Positions 24,101-37,626 of a stretch of DNA of 64,000 nt are shown here, piece after piece. The notes under the pieces were generated by a model, which was not told the DNA's origin, made no database searches, and saw only the letters and a program-made list of their open reading frames with translations. Source of the stretch: Cyanophora paradoxa CCMP329 (lineage: Eukaryota > Plantae > Glaucophyta); NCBI GenBank assembly GCA_004431415.1, contig QPMI01000267.1:1-64000 (forward strand), in the 5' to 3' direction. The translations under genes were made by a program, and so were the position numbers. The number at the start of each line of letters is the position of its first letter. The stretch's first letter is position 1.

Positions 24101-27100
24101 TCTCTGAGCCACATGACTGTCTCCAGTCTTCGCAGTATTGTGAGGCTTATTTTTCGTCTTTGCGGTACTGCGGTCGCAATGTGTGTGAGCCGGAGATTTA
24201 AAGAACACGCGTAGTAGTTGGTAACAGTTGAGTACGCCACTAGCAACTGCATGCGGAGGTCTTCTAGGATTCTGGATTCCATAACCGTTATCATCACCAA
24301 CCAGAATCATCATGAAATGAAAAGTTGATCGGGCATGAACGGAAAAGAAAATAGCAAGTAAAGAAACCGAAAAGCAAGTTAGAAGCACCCGTGTGCATGT
24401 GCTGCGCATTTTCACCTGACCCTGTAGTTGCCATAAATGTAATGGTATACGGCAAACGACAAGGATAGCTAAAGACTGTATGCCCTGTAGGCTAGCTGCG
24501 CGCGAAGTCGATCGCGGCTGCCGGCTTCGGGATTCACGACATCGATATATCGACGATGCTCACGATGCATTCGGCCGCACCAGGAGCAGTTTCAGTTAGG
24601 GGTTCTTGCAAATTGGAACATGCAGATCATGATATCGAGCCCAGGGCGGTCCGTTCAGCCCGTCAGCGTGTTCTCACATGCTGAATGGAAAGCGCCGGCC
24701 ACAAGCGGTGCTTGCGATACACTGTATATCGCCACTAGGAATGCACCAACACCTGGAGCGATCCGGCTCATTATCATGAGCGCCTCTGCTCTGTGGCTGA
24801 GCGCCTCTGCTCTGAGGCTGAGCCCTCTTAAGGGAGCGCTTTTGTCGACGCCAAATTTATGGCCGAAGGCCCAAGACGTCGACGTGCACAGCCGGCCGTC
24901 GGACACCATGGCAACTCCAGGTGCAGGTTTTTTTTGAAGTTTGGTGTGTCTCGCATTCTTACACACGGTACCCGTCCGGCTCCTACCTCGGCACCGTACC
25001 ACTCTACAACTGTGAACTGAGAGGCCGAGGATGTCCTATCTGTGATTCTAACTCGTCCTCCGCACATACTACGGATCCTCCTTCCGCCCCGTATTCCGCT
25101 CTTGATTCCGTACCCGGGCTTGTGAACTCAGTTCCACATGACCCATGCACGCGCCCACATTGCAGAGCCTTCGGCATGGTGTCACCCATTTGCACGGTCC
25201 TAGTTGCTTGCTTGATGGTTCTTACGCTTGGCGGTGTTGGGACCAGGAGCTCGGTACCCCTCACGGGGCCCGAGGTCACAGCTTCAAAGCTGCAAGTCCC
25301 AGCACAATTGCCAAGACAAATAAAATTGTATCGATCGCTTCTTCAAATAGCGGGCCCATCTAGGCTACATTAAGCTAGCCTAGAGTCAGTTGGCTCAGGT
25401 CTGCCGCAGTGCTGGCGTGGCCGCTCCCATACACGAATTATGAAAATCGGAATTGCGGCTCGCGCCGAAAAACTTCTCACCGCGGGCCTGCGGCCCGTCC
25501 GGATCCATGGCGCCACCGATGTCCATCAATGTTAAAGCTTTGCAGTTCTCTGAGCCACATGACTGTCTCCAGTCTTCGCAGTATTGTGAGGCTTATTTTT
25601 CGTCTTTGCGGTACTGCGGTCGCAATGTGTGTGAGCCGGAGATTTAAAGAACACGCGTAGTAGTTGGTAACAGTTGAGTACGCCACTAGCAACTGCATGC
25701 GGAGGTCTTCTAGGATTCTGGATTCCATAACCGTTATCATCACCAACCAGAATCATCATGAAATGAAAAGTTGATCGGGCATGAACGGAAAAGAAAATAG
25801 CAAGTAAAGAAACCGAAAAGCAAGTTAGAAGCACCCGTGTGCATGTGCTGCGCATTTTCACCTGACCCTGTAGTTGCCATAAATGTAATGGTATACGGCA
25901 AACGACAAGGATAGCTAAAGACTGTATGCCCTGTAGGCTAGCTGCGCGCGAAGTCGATCGCGGCTGCCGGCTTCGGGATTCACGACATCGATATATCGAC
26001 GATGCTCACGATGCATTCGGCCGCACCAGGAGCAGTTTCAGTTAGGGGTTCTTGCAAATTGGAACATGCAGATCATGATATCGAGCCCAGGGCGGTCCGT
26101 TCAGCCCGTCAGCGTGTTCTCACATGCTGAATGGAAAGCGCCGGCCACAAGCGGTGCTTGCGATACACTGTATATCGCCACTAGGAATGCACCAACACCT
26201 GGAGCGATCCGGCTCATTATCATGAGCGCCTCTGCTCTGTGGCTGAGCGCCTCTGCTCTGAGGCTGAGCCCTCTTAAGGGAGCGCTTTTGTCGACGCCAA
26301 ATTTATGGCCGAAGGCCCAAGACGTCGACGTGCACAGCCGGCCGTCGGACACCATGGCAACTCCAGGTGCAGGTTTTTTTGAAGTTTGGTGTGTCTCGCA
26401 TTCTTACACACGGTACCCGTCCGGCTCCTACCTCGGCACCGTACCACTCTACAACTGTGAACTGAGAGGCCGAGGATGTCCTATCTGTGATTCTAACTCG
26501 TCCTCCGCACATACTACGGATCCTCCTTCCGCCCCGTATTCCGCTCTTGATTCCGTACCCGGGCTTGTGAACTCAGTTCCACATGACCCATGCACGCGCC
26601 CACATTGCAGAGCCTTCGGCATGGTGTCACCCATTTGCACGGTCCTAGTTGCTTGCTTGATGGTTCTTACGCTTGGCGGTGTTGGGACCAGGAGCTCGGT
26701 ACCCCTCACGGGCCCGAGGTCACAGCTTCAAAGCTGCAAGTCCCAGCACAATTGCCAAGACAAATAAAATTGTATCGATCGCTTCTTCAAATAGCGGGCC
26801 CATCTAGGCTACATTAAGCTAGCCTAGAGTCAGTTGGCTCAGGTCTGCCGCAGTGCTGGCGTGGCCGCTCCCATACACGAATTATGAAAATCGGAATTGC
26901 GGCTCGCGCCGAAAAACTTCTCACCGCGGGCCTGCGGCCCGTCCGGATCCATGGCGCCACCGATGTCCATCAATGTTAAAGCTTTGCAGTTCTCTGAGCC
27001 ACATGACTGTCTCCAGTCTTCGCAGTATTGTGAGGCTTATTTTTCGTCTTTGCGGTACTGCGGTCGCAATGTGTGTGAGCCGGAGATTTAAAGAACACGC

Positions 27101-28275
27101 GTAGTAGTTGGTAACAGTTGAGTACGCCACTAGCAACTGCATGCGGAGGTCTTCTAGGATTCTGGATTCCATAACCGTTATCATCACCAACCAGAATCAT
27201 CATGAAATGAAAAGTTGATCGGGCATGAACGGAAAAGAAAATAGCAAGTAAAGAAACCGAAAAGCAAGTTAGAAGCACCCGTGTGCATGTGCTGCGCATT
27301 TTCACCTGACCCTGTAGTTGCCATAAATGTAATGGTATACGGCAAACGACAAGGATAGCTAAAGACTGTATGCCCTGTAGGCTAGCTGCGCGCGAAGTCG
27401 ATCGCGGCTGCCGGCTTCGGGATTCACGACATCGATATATCGACGATGCTCACGATGCATTCGGCCGCACCAGGAGCAGTTTCAGTTAGGGGTTCTTGCA
27501 AATTGGAACATGCAGATCATGATATCGAGCCCAGGGCGGTCCGTTCAGCCCGTCAGCCGCTGAGCGTGTTCTCACATGCTGAATGGAAAGCGCCGGCCAC
27601 AAGCGGTGCTTGCGATACACTGTATATCGCCACTAGGAATGCACCAACACCTGGAGCGATCCGGCTCATTATCATGAGCGCCTCTGCTCTGTGGCTGAGC
27701 GCCTCTGCTCTGAGGCTGAGCCCTCTTAAGGGAGCGCTTTTGTCGACGCCAAATTTATGGCCGAAGGCCCAAGACGTCGACGTGCACAGCCGGCCGTCGG
27801 ACACCATGGCAACTCCAGGTGCAGGTTTTTTTTGAAGTTTGGTGTGTCTCGCATTCTTACACACGGTACCCGTCCGGCTCCTACCTCGGCACCGTACCAC
27901 TCTACAACTGTGAACTGAGAGGCCGAGGATGTCCTATCTGTGATTCTAACTCGTCCTCCGCACATACTACGGATCCTCCTTCCGCCCCGTATTCCGCTCT
28001 TGATTCCGTACCCGGGCTTGTGACCTCAGTTCCACATGACCCATGCACGCGCCCACATTGCAGAGCCTTCGGCATGGTGTCACCCAGTTGCACGGTCCTA
28101 GTTGCTTGCTTGATGGTTCTTACGCTTGGCCGTGTTGGGACCAGGAGCTCGGTACCACTCACGGGGCCCGAGGTCACAGCTTCAAAGCTGCAAGTCCCAG
28201 CACAATTGCCAAGACAAATTAAATTAAATCGATCGCTTCTTCAAATAGCGGGCTCATCTAGGCTACATTAAGCTA
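21176..28275. repeat. Tandem array of a ~1446-bp unit (4 full copies plus ~0.9 copy)
   Basis: Units start at CATCAATGTTAA: 21176, 22626, 24078, 25524 and 26968. Copies are near-identical, about 50% GC versus about 75% in flanking genes, and encode no recognisable protein. Confidence 0.97.
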
Positions 28276-30070
28276 AGCGTGATCATCGTGAAGGGGCGGC
28301 TGGCGCGCTGTTGCGGCGGCGCGGAATGGGTGTCGAGTTGGCGTCGCCGGCCATTCCGTAGGTGATCCGACGCACTCGCGTCATTCAGGAGGATGCGCCG
28401 CAGCTGTAAAGTTAGATGATCGGCGGAAGCTTTCAATTTAAGTGATCGCTCGTTCCGCTTCTCTCATCCTCGCTGTCGAGTCAGTTCTTTTCCAAATGCA
28501 GCGAAGCGAAGGCCTTTCCGTCGGCTTTTGCATGTCAGGCTCAGTTCCTTTCAAATGAGGGCGGAATTCCTCGACAAGAGGGTGCAGGTATTTGGGCGCC
28601 TTCCTCGTTTGCCGTAGTATACGAATACGTCCCTCGGCCTCTCTTCCCGTTTGTAAACAGGGCGTAAAAAAGTGCAAACGTACCTCAGCCTTGGGAGTAA
28701 GCCCCGTGAGAACTTTAGCTCAGCCTTGGGGAGGGGAGCAAGCGTAGCTCAGTGTATTTCAAATGAGAACCTTCTCTAATCGTTAGTCGATCCTTTAGAG
28801 ATAGGAATTCCGTTTCAAAAGCCGGGCGGGACGGCTGTGGTGGCGGCCGTGGTCAGAGACGCGGGCCCCGCCGGGGCACATGCGCAGGCGGGGCTGGCAC
28901 TGGACGCGGCGCTGGCGGCAAGCGCACAACAGAGGCACCAGACTCCGGGGATGCGTTCTTCTTCAAACGCCCACGGGTCCTCGCCCCGTTCAACTCCCCT
29001 GTGCCGGCCTGGGGCCTGTGGGGCGTGATCGCCGGGGTCCCAGTGCAGTCCGGCGCCTGGGTCCCAGTTGGCAGCCGGGCCTCAGGGGCGCGGCCGCGGC
29101 TGAGACTGCGTCGGTGGCTCGCACAGCGACCAGCGCCGGCAGTCAATGCTGCAGGAGCAAGTTGTATGGGCGGACCTTGCTCTGTATACAACGTAGGTAT
29201 ACACTTAAGGCTTATACGTAGCTATGGGGGGTTTGAATTCCTTACACGTGCTCGGCCTTGCGCATGCACATGCACGGAGTGCCCCGGACTCGAGCTCGGG
29301 ATATCGATATCGATATCGATAGTCCCTGCTCGCTGCCACGTATACGTATACGTACATACAGTGCCACGGTGACGGCGTCAAGTGTGCGTTTTATAAATAA
29401 AAAGGCCTAGCTATAGGGGTCACCGTCAGGCGGCTCGAGCTCGCCGATCGATATCACGAGCGGCGGATCGAATTCCGGCCTCGGCGGCCGGCCTCGTCGC
29501 TGGCCATTCGAATTCCGTAGGAGATTCAGGAGCGCGCGCGTCATGGGATATCGATTGCTTCCGGCTGGCCGCAATGTTGGCCGGCTTAATGGCCGGCAGC
29601 GTTAGTGAACGCGTACGCGCGTACGCGCGCGCGGCAGTAGCCTTGGCGTACGCGTTGCATATATATACTTGGCTCTGGATCGATATCCCGGAGCTCATCG
29701 CATCGGCCGCCGGGCGCTTTCTCATTTAATTTAGCTATAGTAATTTCCGATCGCGAAGTTCGAATTCGTTCCTCTATATATAGCTATAGCTAGATCTCAG
29801 AGTCTCCTCATGATCATGATTATGATCATATGCATCTAGCCTAGTAGATCTCGATCGCGAGCTCCTGGCAGTACTAGTCGAGTTGCTAGATGGCGGTTCT
29901 TTTCCACATATATGCATGGCCATGGTAGTGGTGACAAATCCTAGCTATATAGGCGACCGCGGGCCGGTGATGGTGTACATGTTGTACACATATGTCATGA
30001 TCAAGTGTGTGTAGGGGTAGAGCTCACTTCGTTCGCACAGTTCGCTCTTCAGTTCGCGAGCCCGGAAGCA

Positions 30071-31126
30071 ATGGTCGACTATCTTGAGAAGTTCGCCGTC
30101 ACCCACAAGCTCGAGGTTGCCGTGAACGAGCTCCTCCGCTCCAGGCCCCAGGACCCGTGCGTCGCCCGAATCCGCCGCTTCCTGGGCCGCGCTGGCTGAG
30201 CTGGAGGCCAGGTTCGAGTTTCTCGCCCACCGCATCGCCAAGATGTCCGTCGAGCACCCTCAGGGCGTGCGCGCTGCCACTCCAGCGCTGATTCCAGGAT
30301 GACCGCCTGACGTGCCACGAGCAGATCATCCCGCAGCTCAGCGACTCCGCGAAGAAGTCGCTCGGCGCTGAGATGGTGCGCGCGTGGCCAGCGACCGGCG
30401 CCGCTCGCGATCAACCATCTCGCAGGCGCACATGTTCGGCTACCGCATGTCGATGGAGGAGGGCTTCGGTGGGCTCCTCGCCCTTCTATTCATTCCTTTC
30501 GCTGACTGTCTCGCAGCCAAGGCGCGCGCCGGCGGCAAGCAGGACGAGAAGCCGGCGAAGGAGGACAAGAAGCCAGAGCCCGCCAAGCCGGCTCCGGCCC
30601 CGGCCCCGGCCGCCGCTGATGACGACGACGTTGACCTCTTCGGTGCGGCGCCTCGCGCGGCCCATGGGGCGCGCGTCGTGACCTGTGGGGCGCAGCGGAC
30701 GAGACCCCCGAGGAGGAGGCGGCGCGCGAGGCGCGGCTGAAGGCGATCGCGGACGCGAACAAGAAGGTGAAGAAGGCGGTCATCGCCAAGTCCTCCCTCC
30801 TCATCGACGTCAAGCCGTGGGACGACACCACCGGTGCGCCCCGCCTACTTCGCGTCGCTCCGCCTCGCCTCTTCGCGCCGCCCGCTCACGCGCGCCGGCG
30901 CGCTGCAGACATGAAGAAGCTGGAGGAGTGCGTGCGGAGCATCCAGATGGACGGGCTCGTGTGGGGCCAGAGCAAGCTGGTGCCGGTCGCGTTCGGCGTG
31001 AAGAAGCTGCAGATCAACGCGGTCATCGAGGACGACAAGGTCTCGACCGACGAGCTCGAGGAGCAGATCGTTGCCTTCGAGGACTACGTCCAGTCCTTCG
31101 ACATCGCCGCCTTCAACAAGATCTAG
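30071..31126 (+). CDS. EEF1B: Translation elongation factor 1B (beta/delta-type GEF) with an atypical N-terminal domain
   Basis: DDDDVDLF acidic motif; [53 protein letters not shown]...[13 protein letters not shown]. Confidence 0.96.
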
Positions 31127-31358
31127 GCGCCCCGCCCCCTCCCTCCTCCACGGCGCCCCGTGTTCTATGCAGCTCGGTGCCCGTTTGCTTCTTTCCGCGG
31201 TCTGCATATGCGCACGGCGGGCAGCGTGGTGGTCGTCGGTCGGTTCGATAAGCATTCAATAAGGGAGCCGCTGAGCTTGTTGTTACGTGCGGGGCGGGCT
31301 GGGGCTCGCCGCCGCAGCAGACGCACTTGCTCCGGGCCCTCGGGGAAGGGGAAGACTT

Positions 31359-34320
31359 CTATAGATCTGGTGAAGAGGAGAGATGCAGGAGGGCGTCGGG
31401 GGAGGACTTCTGGCGGGCGTGGTGCGAGAGGAAGAGGAAGGGGCTCCTTCCGGCGGCGGCGGCGGCGGCCCCCGCCCCCGCCCCGCCGGCGGCCGCCTTC
31501 TTGATGGGCGAGGTCGTCTCCGGCTTCACCGCCACCTTCTTCCGCCGCCCGCTCTCCCCCGGCCCCGCCCCCGCCCCGCCCCCGCCGGCCAGCCGCGTCG
31601 GCGAGCGCGAGGCGAGCGACTGCCGGCGGGGTCGGCGGGCGGGGCGGGGCGAAGGCAGCGGGGCGCGGGCGCACGCGGGAGGATGTGCCGGGGGAGCCGT
31701 CGCTCGCGGGGAGCCCGGCGCCGCCGCCGCCTGCGCCGCCTGCGCCGGCTGCGCGCCGGAGGCCTCCTCCGGGGCGGCGGGGTCCACCCCCGTGAGCTCC
31801 GTGAGGGCCTGCGAGGGCGTCAGGGGGCCGGCAGAGGAGGGGCCGGGGCCTCGGGGCGGGCCTTGACGTGCGCCTCGACGCCCGCGGCGAGCGGCTCGAA
31901 GTGCTCCCGGAAGTCTGCCCGCGGCGGCCCGTCGGGGGCGGGGGCGGCCGCGGCGGGCGGCGCGCCGGGCGGCGGGGCGGACCGCGGAGCTCGTGGGTGA
32001 GGGTGCCGTCGGTGAGGAGCTGCCGCCCGTGCGCCACCACCATCCCCACCTGCCCGGCTCAGCGCCGCGCCGGCGGCGGGGCGGGGCGGTGGCGGGGGCC
32101 GTGCCTCGCGGCCGATCTCGCGGAAGAGGCGTGCGCCGTCCTCGAGGGCGGCCTGCAGCTTCTGCAGCTGCCGCGGGTCCGCCTGCAGCTCCTCCATCCC
32201 TGCGCCCCGTCGCCGGCGGCGGCGGCTGCGGGGCGGCGGGGGCGGGGCGCACCGAGGTCGCGCGACTGGCGCTGCTCCTCCTCGATCTTCGCCACCTTGC
32301 CCCGCACGAACTGCATCCGCTTCTGCAGCCCGTCCAGCAGCGCCCTACCCCCACCGGCCCCTCGGCCCCGTCTCGCGCCCGCCGCCGGCGGGGCGGGGCG
32401 GGGCGGACCGGCGGGCGCGGAGGTGGTCGAGGGCGTAGCGGGAGAAGTGGATGCCGGCGGTGCGGGCGGCGTCGAAGCGGGGCCCAGCGCGCGCCTGCAC
32501 GACGTCCCGGATGCACCCGTGCAGCTCCCCCATCGCGTACTGCGACGCAAGCAGAACCGGCCTGCCGCGGCCCCACCTCAGCCGCCTTCGCGGGGCGGGG
32601 CGGGCGGGGGGCGCGCTTGTCGAGGGGGCGGAAGTCGCGCTCGCGGGCGGGGCGCTCGACGGTGGCCTGGAGCTCGAGGCGGGAGTGGCGGACGGCGATG
32701 CCGAGGAGGCGCTCCTGGAGCTTCTCGCGGGCGGCGGGGATCTGCGCCAGCCGCCCCTCCACCTCCCGCAGCTCCGCCTCCAGCTCCCGCTTCCGCTGCG
32801 CGCGGCCCCCGCCCCCTCAGCGGGGCCGGCGGGCCGGGAGCGGGGCGGGGCGGGCCTGGAGGAGGGCCTCCTCCTCCGCCTGGATGCGGGCCTCCTCCTT
32901 GCGCGCGCTCTCCATCTCCCGCCGCTTCTCCGCCTCCGGGTCCACCCGCCGCGCCGCCTGCGCCCAGTCGGACGCGTCGCCCGGGCCAGGGGGGTGCGGG
33001 GCGGGGCGGTGCGGGGCGGGGCGGGGCGGGGCGCACGGCGACGCGGACGGTGGGCTTCTCGAGGGACTGGAGGAGGTGGTCGAAGAAGGCGCGCAGGTCG
33101 GACTGGCGCGCGCGGAACGGCGCCTTGTTCGTCGCCTGCAGCAGCGCCTCCCGCCGCTGCACTGCCAGCCGCAGGATCTCCGCCAGCGCCGCCCCCCGGT
33201 CGGGCCCCGCCGGCTGCGGCGGGGGCGGGGTGGAGGGCCCGGCGGAGGCGGCGGAGTCGAGCCCCGGGGGCAGCATGCCGCGCAGCACGGGGCTGGCGGC
33301 GGGGGAGGGGGCGGCGCTGAGGGGGATGGAGCCGAGGGCGGCCTCCTTCTCGCGGATGGCGGCGATCGTCTCCTCGGCGCGCGCCAGCAGCGCCCGCTCC
33401 GCCCCGAGGTCGTGCTTCAGGCCGGCCGCCGCCGCGCACACCGCCGCCACCACCTGCGGGGCCAGCGCCGCCCGCTCCCCGCCCCCGTGCCCCGCCAGCT
33501 TCTCCCTCAGCTGCCGCATCGAGGCGAGCATCCGCCTGTGCGCCTCCGCCCCCCCGTCCATGCTCACCGAGAGCAGCGACACCAGCTCCTCCATCCCGCT
33601 CCCCTCCGGCGGCCAATCCCGCATCACGTTCTGCTCCGTTCGCGGCGCCGTTGAGCGCCCCGCGTTTCCCTGGCCGGGGCGCCCGCGGGGCCCTCGGGCG
33701 TACCTCGAAGATGTTCTGGAGCGCATCCGACGCGAAGAACACCTGCGAAAAGGAAGGATAAGGAACGCGGCGCTGAGGGAGGCGGCAGCCCGCGCCTGCG
33801 AGAATGACGGCTTCGGCTGCTTTACGGAGGACGAGGATGCCCCAGCTGAAGCCTCTCCTGCTGCGGAGCCAGACGCCTCTTCTTGCTGCTGCTTCTGCTG
33901 CTGCGCCGGCTGCGCCGGCACCTGCGGCTTAAGCCCATCCCGTGGGGACGCGTTGGCCTCCCTACGCAGCCGTCTCGCCCAATCCTTCCACAAGTCGATC
34001 CTCTCTTTTGCATCTACGGGCAGGCTTAGCGGCGAAAACGCTCCGCAAAGCTAAGCGGCCGCAGTGCCGCTCGGCCAAGCTAGGAGGCCACGAAACGCTC
34101 GGACGAGCGAGTCGCGCTGCAGAGCGCGGGGTGCGCCAGCCTGCTCACCGGCTGTTAGGGCCCACTCCTCCAAGTCCCTCACTTGATCGTCGCGTGCGTC
34201 TTGCGGGTTCCACAGCCAGCGCGGGGCGTCGGTTGTCCGCAGTCGCCTGGCGCCGGCGCCTTGCAACTGGGCACGCGGAGACAGCGCCACGCCGGTCCTG
34301 CTCTCGCTCGAGGTGCTCAT
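31359..34320 (-). CDS. Uncharacterised multi-exon helical/coiled-coil protein
   Basis: Consistent protein-like exons between GY..CAG introns (FFASDALQNIFE; QSDLRAFFDHLLQSLEKP; ALLDGLQKRMQFVRGKVAKIEEEQ; DFREHFEPLAAGVEAHVK). Both ends are approximate. Confidence 0.6.
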
Positions 34321-34639
34321 GCTGTCTGCGCGGTGAAAGGTACAGCGGGTCGGAGGAGCGCGAGGACGAAGGGATGAGGGCGCACCATCTCGCGGGCTCG
34401 ATGCGCTGGCCGAATCGTCAACGCCGCGCGAGCGCGTCCGCCGGTGTTTTGCGCTGACCGTACTCCATCCGTCCTCGGTCGCTGCAGCCGGTGGGCAGTC
34501 GATGTCAAGCACTCGCACGAGGAACGAGCAGGGCGAAACAACGCACCACGCGAGGCGCCCTCCATCCGGTGGGGGTAGAGCTGCTCTCTGCCTATCCCCC
34601 CCCCCCTGACAAGTTCGACACGTGTTCTGCGGGCCCTGA

Positions 34640-36838
<2,199 letters not shown>

Positions 36839-37626
36839 CAGCTCCCGTGTACAAACGCTGCCCCGACTTCGATCCCCGCGACCGCCACATGGGCCGGCAC
36901 CCCACGGGCCTCAATTTAAAGATACAAAAACCCCTCCTTTCCGGGAGCCCGGCGGCCCTCGAGGGGAACCCTGAGCCCTATTGATCATGAGTTAGAGAAA
37001 GGGGGGCGCTCGGCGGCTATGAATTTCAATGCGAGTGACAAGTTCCGAGTTCGAAGTATACGTAGGATCACATGTACATGGAGCTATAGTGACTCATGAT
37101 CAGTGAACATATAGCATGAAGTGAATCCTATATAGCTAAACATATATAAGCCCGAGCTCGAGCTCGAGGAGGCCGGGGGAGGGGGGGGCCGGCCGCGGGG
37201 GGCGGAGGCGCATGGGGCGCTATATATATATAGTTACCCCATTTATTATTATAAATTCATGCATGCGCACTAGCTCGATCCGGATCCCTGCGCATGCGAT
37301 ATCGATATCGATATCGATCGATATACTCGAGCTCGAGCTCGATTGAGAGCTCGGCCGTGTGCGCGCGCGCGGGGCCGGGCCGGCACCGGCGCCAGCTAGC
37401 CCCCGCGAAATTCAAGCTAATTATAAAAAGGACAGCGCCCCATGCGCATGCATATGCAGAACCTATATAAGCTATATATATATAGGCTAGATCTAGAGGG
37501 ACTGATCGACGGGGCTATAAATTGAAATTCCCGCTGGGGATCGCCCATTCGAAGTTCGATCGCCCGCCGCCGACCTACCGCACCCGTTACAATTATCTCA
37601 GGGCCCGCGCGCGCGCTCACGCCACC

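Noticed and set aside
21176-28275. Array as a 5S rRNA, spliced-leader, snRNA or tRNA cluster
   Set aside because: No recognisable conserved RNA sequence or A/B boxes found by eye. Not excluded without a covariance-model search.
28820-29220. GC-rich segment at the right edge of the island as a gene
   Set aside because: No coherent spliced ORF or recognisable domain could be assembled.
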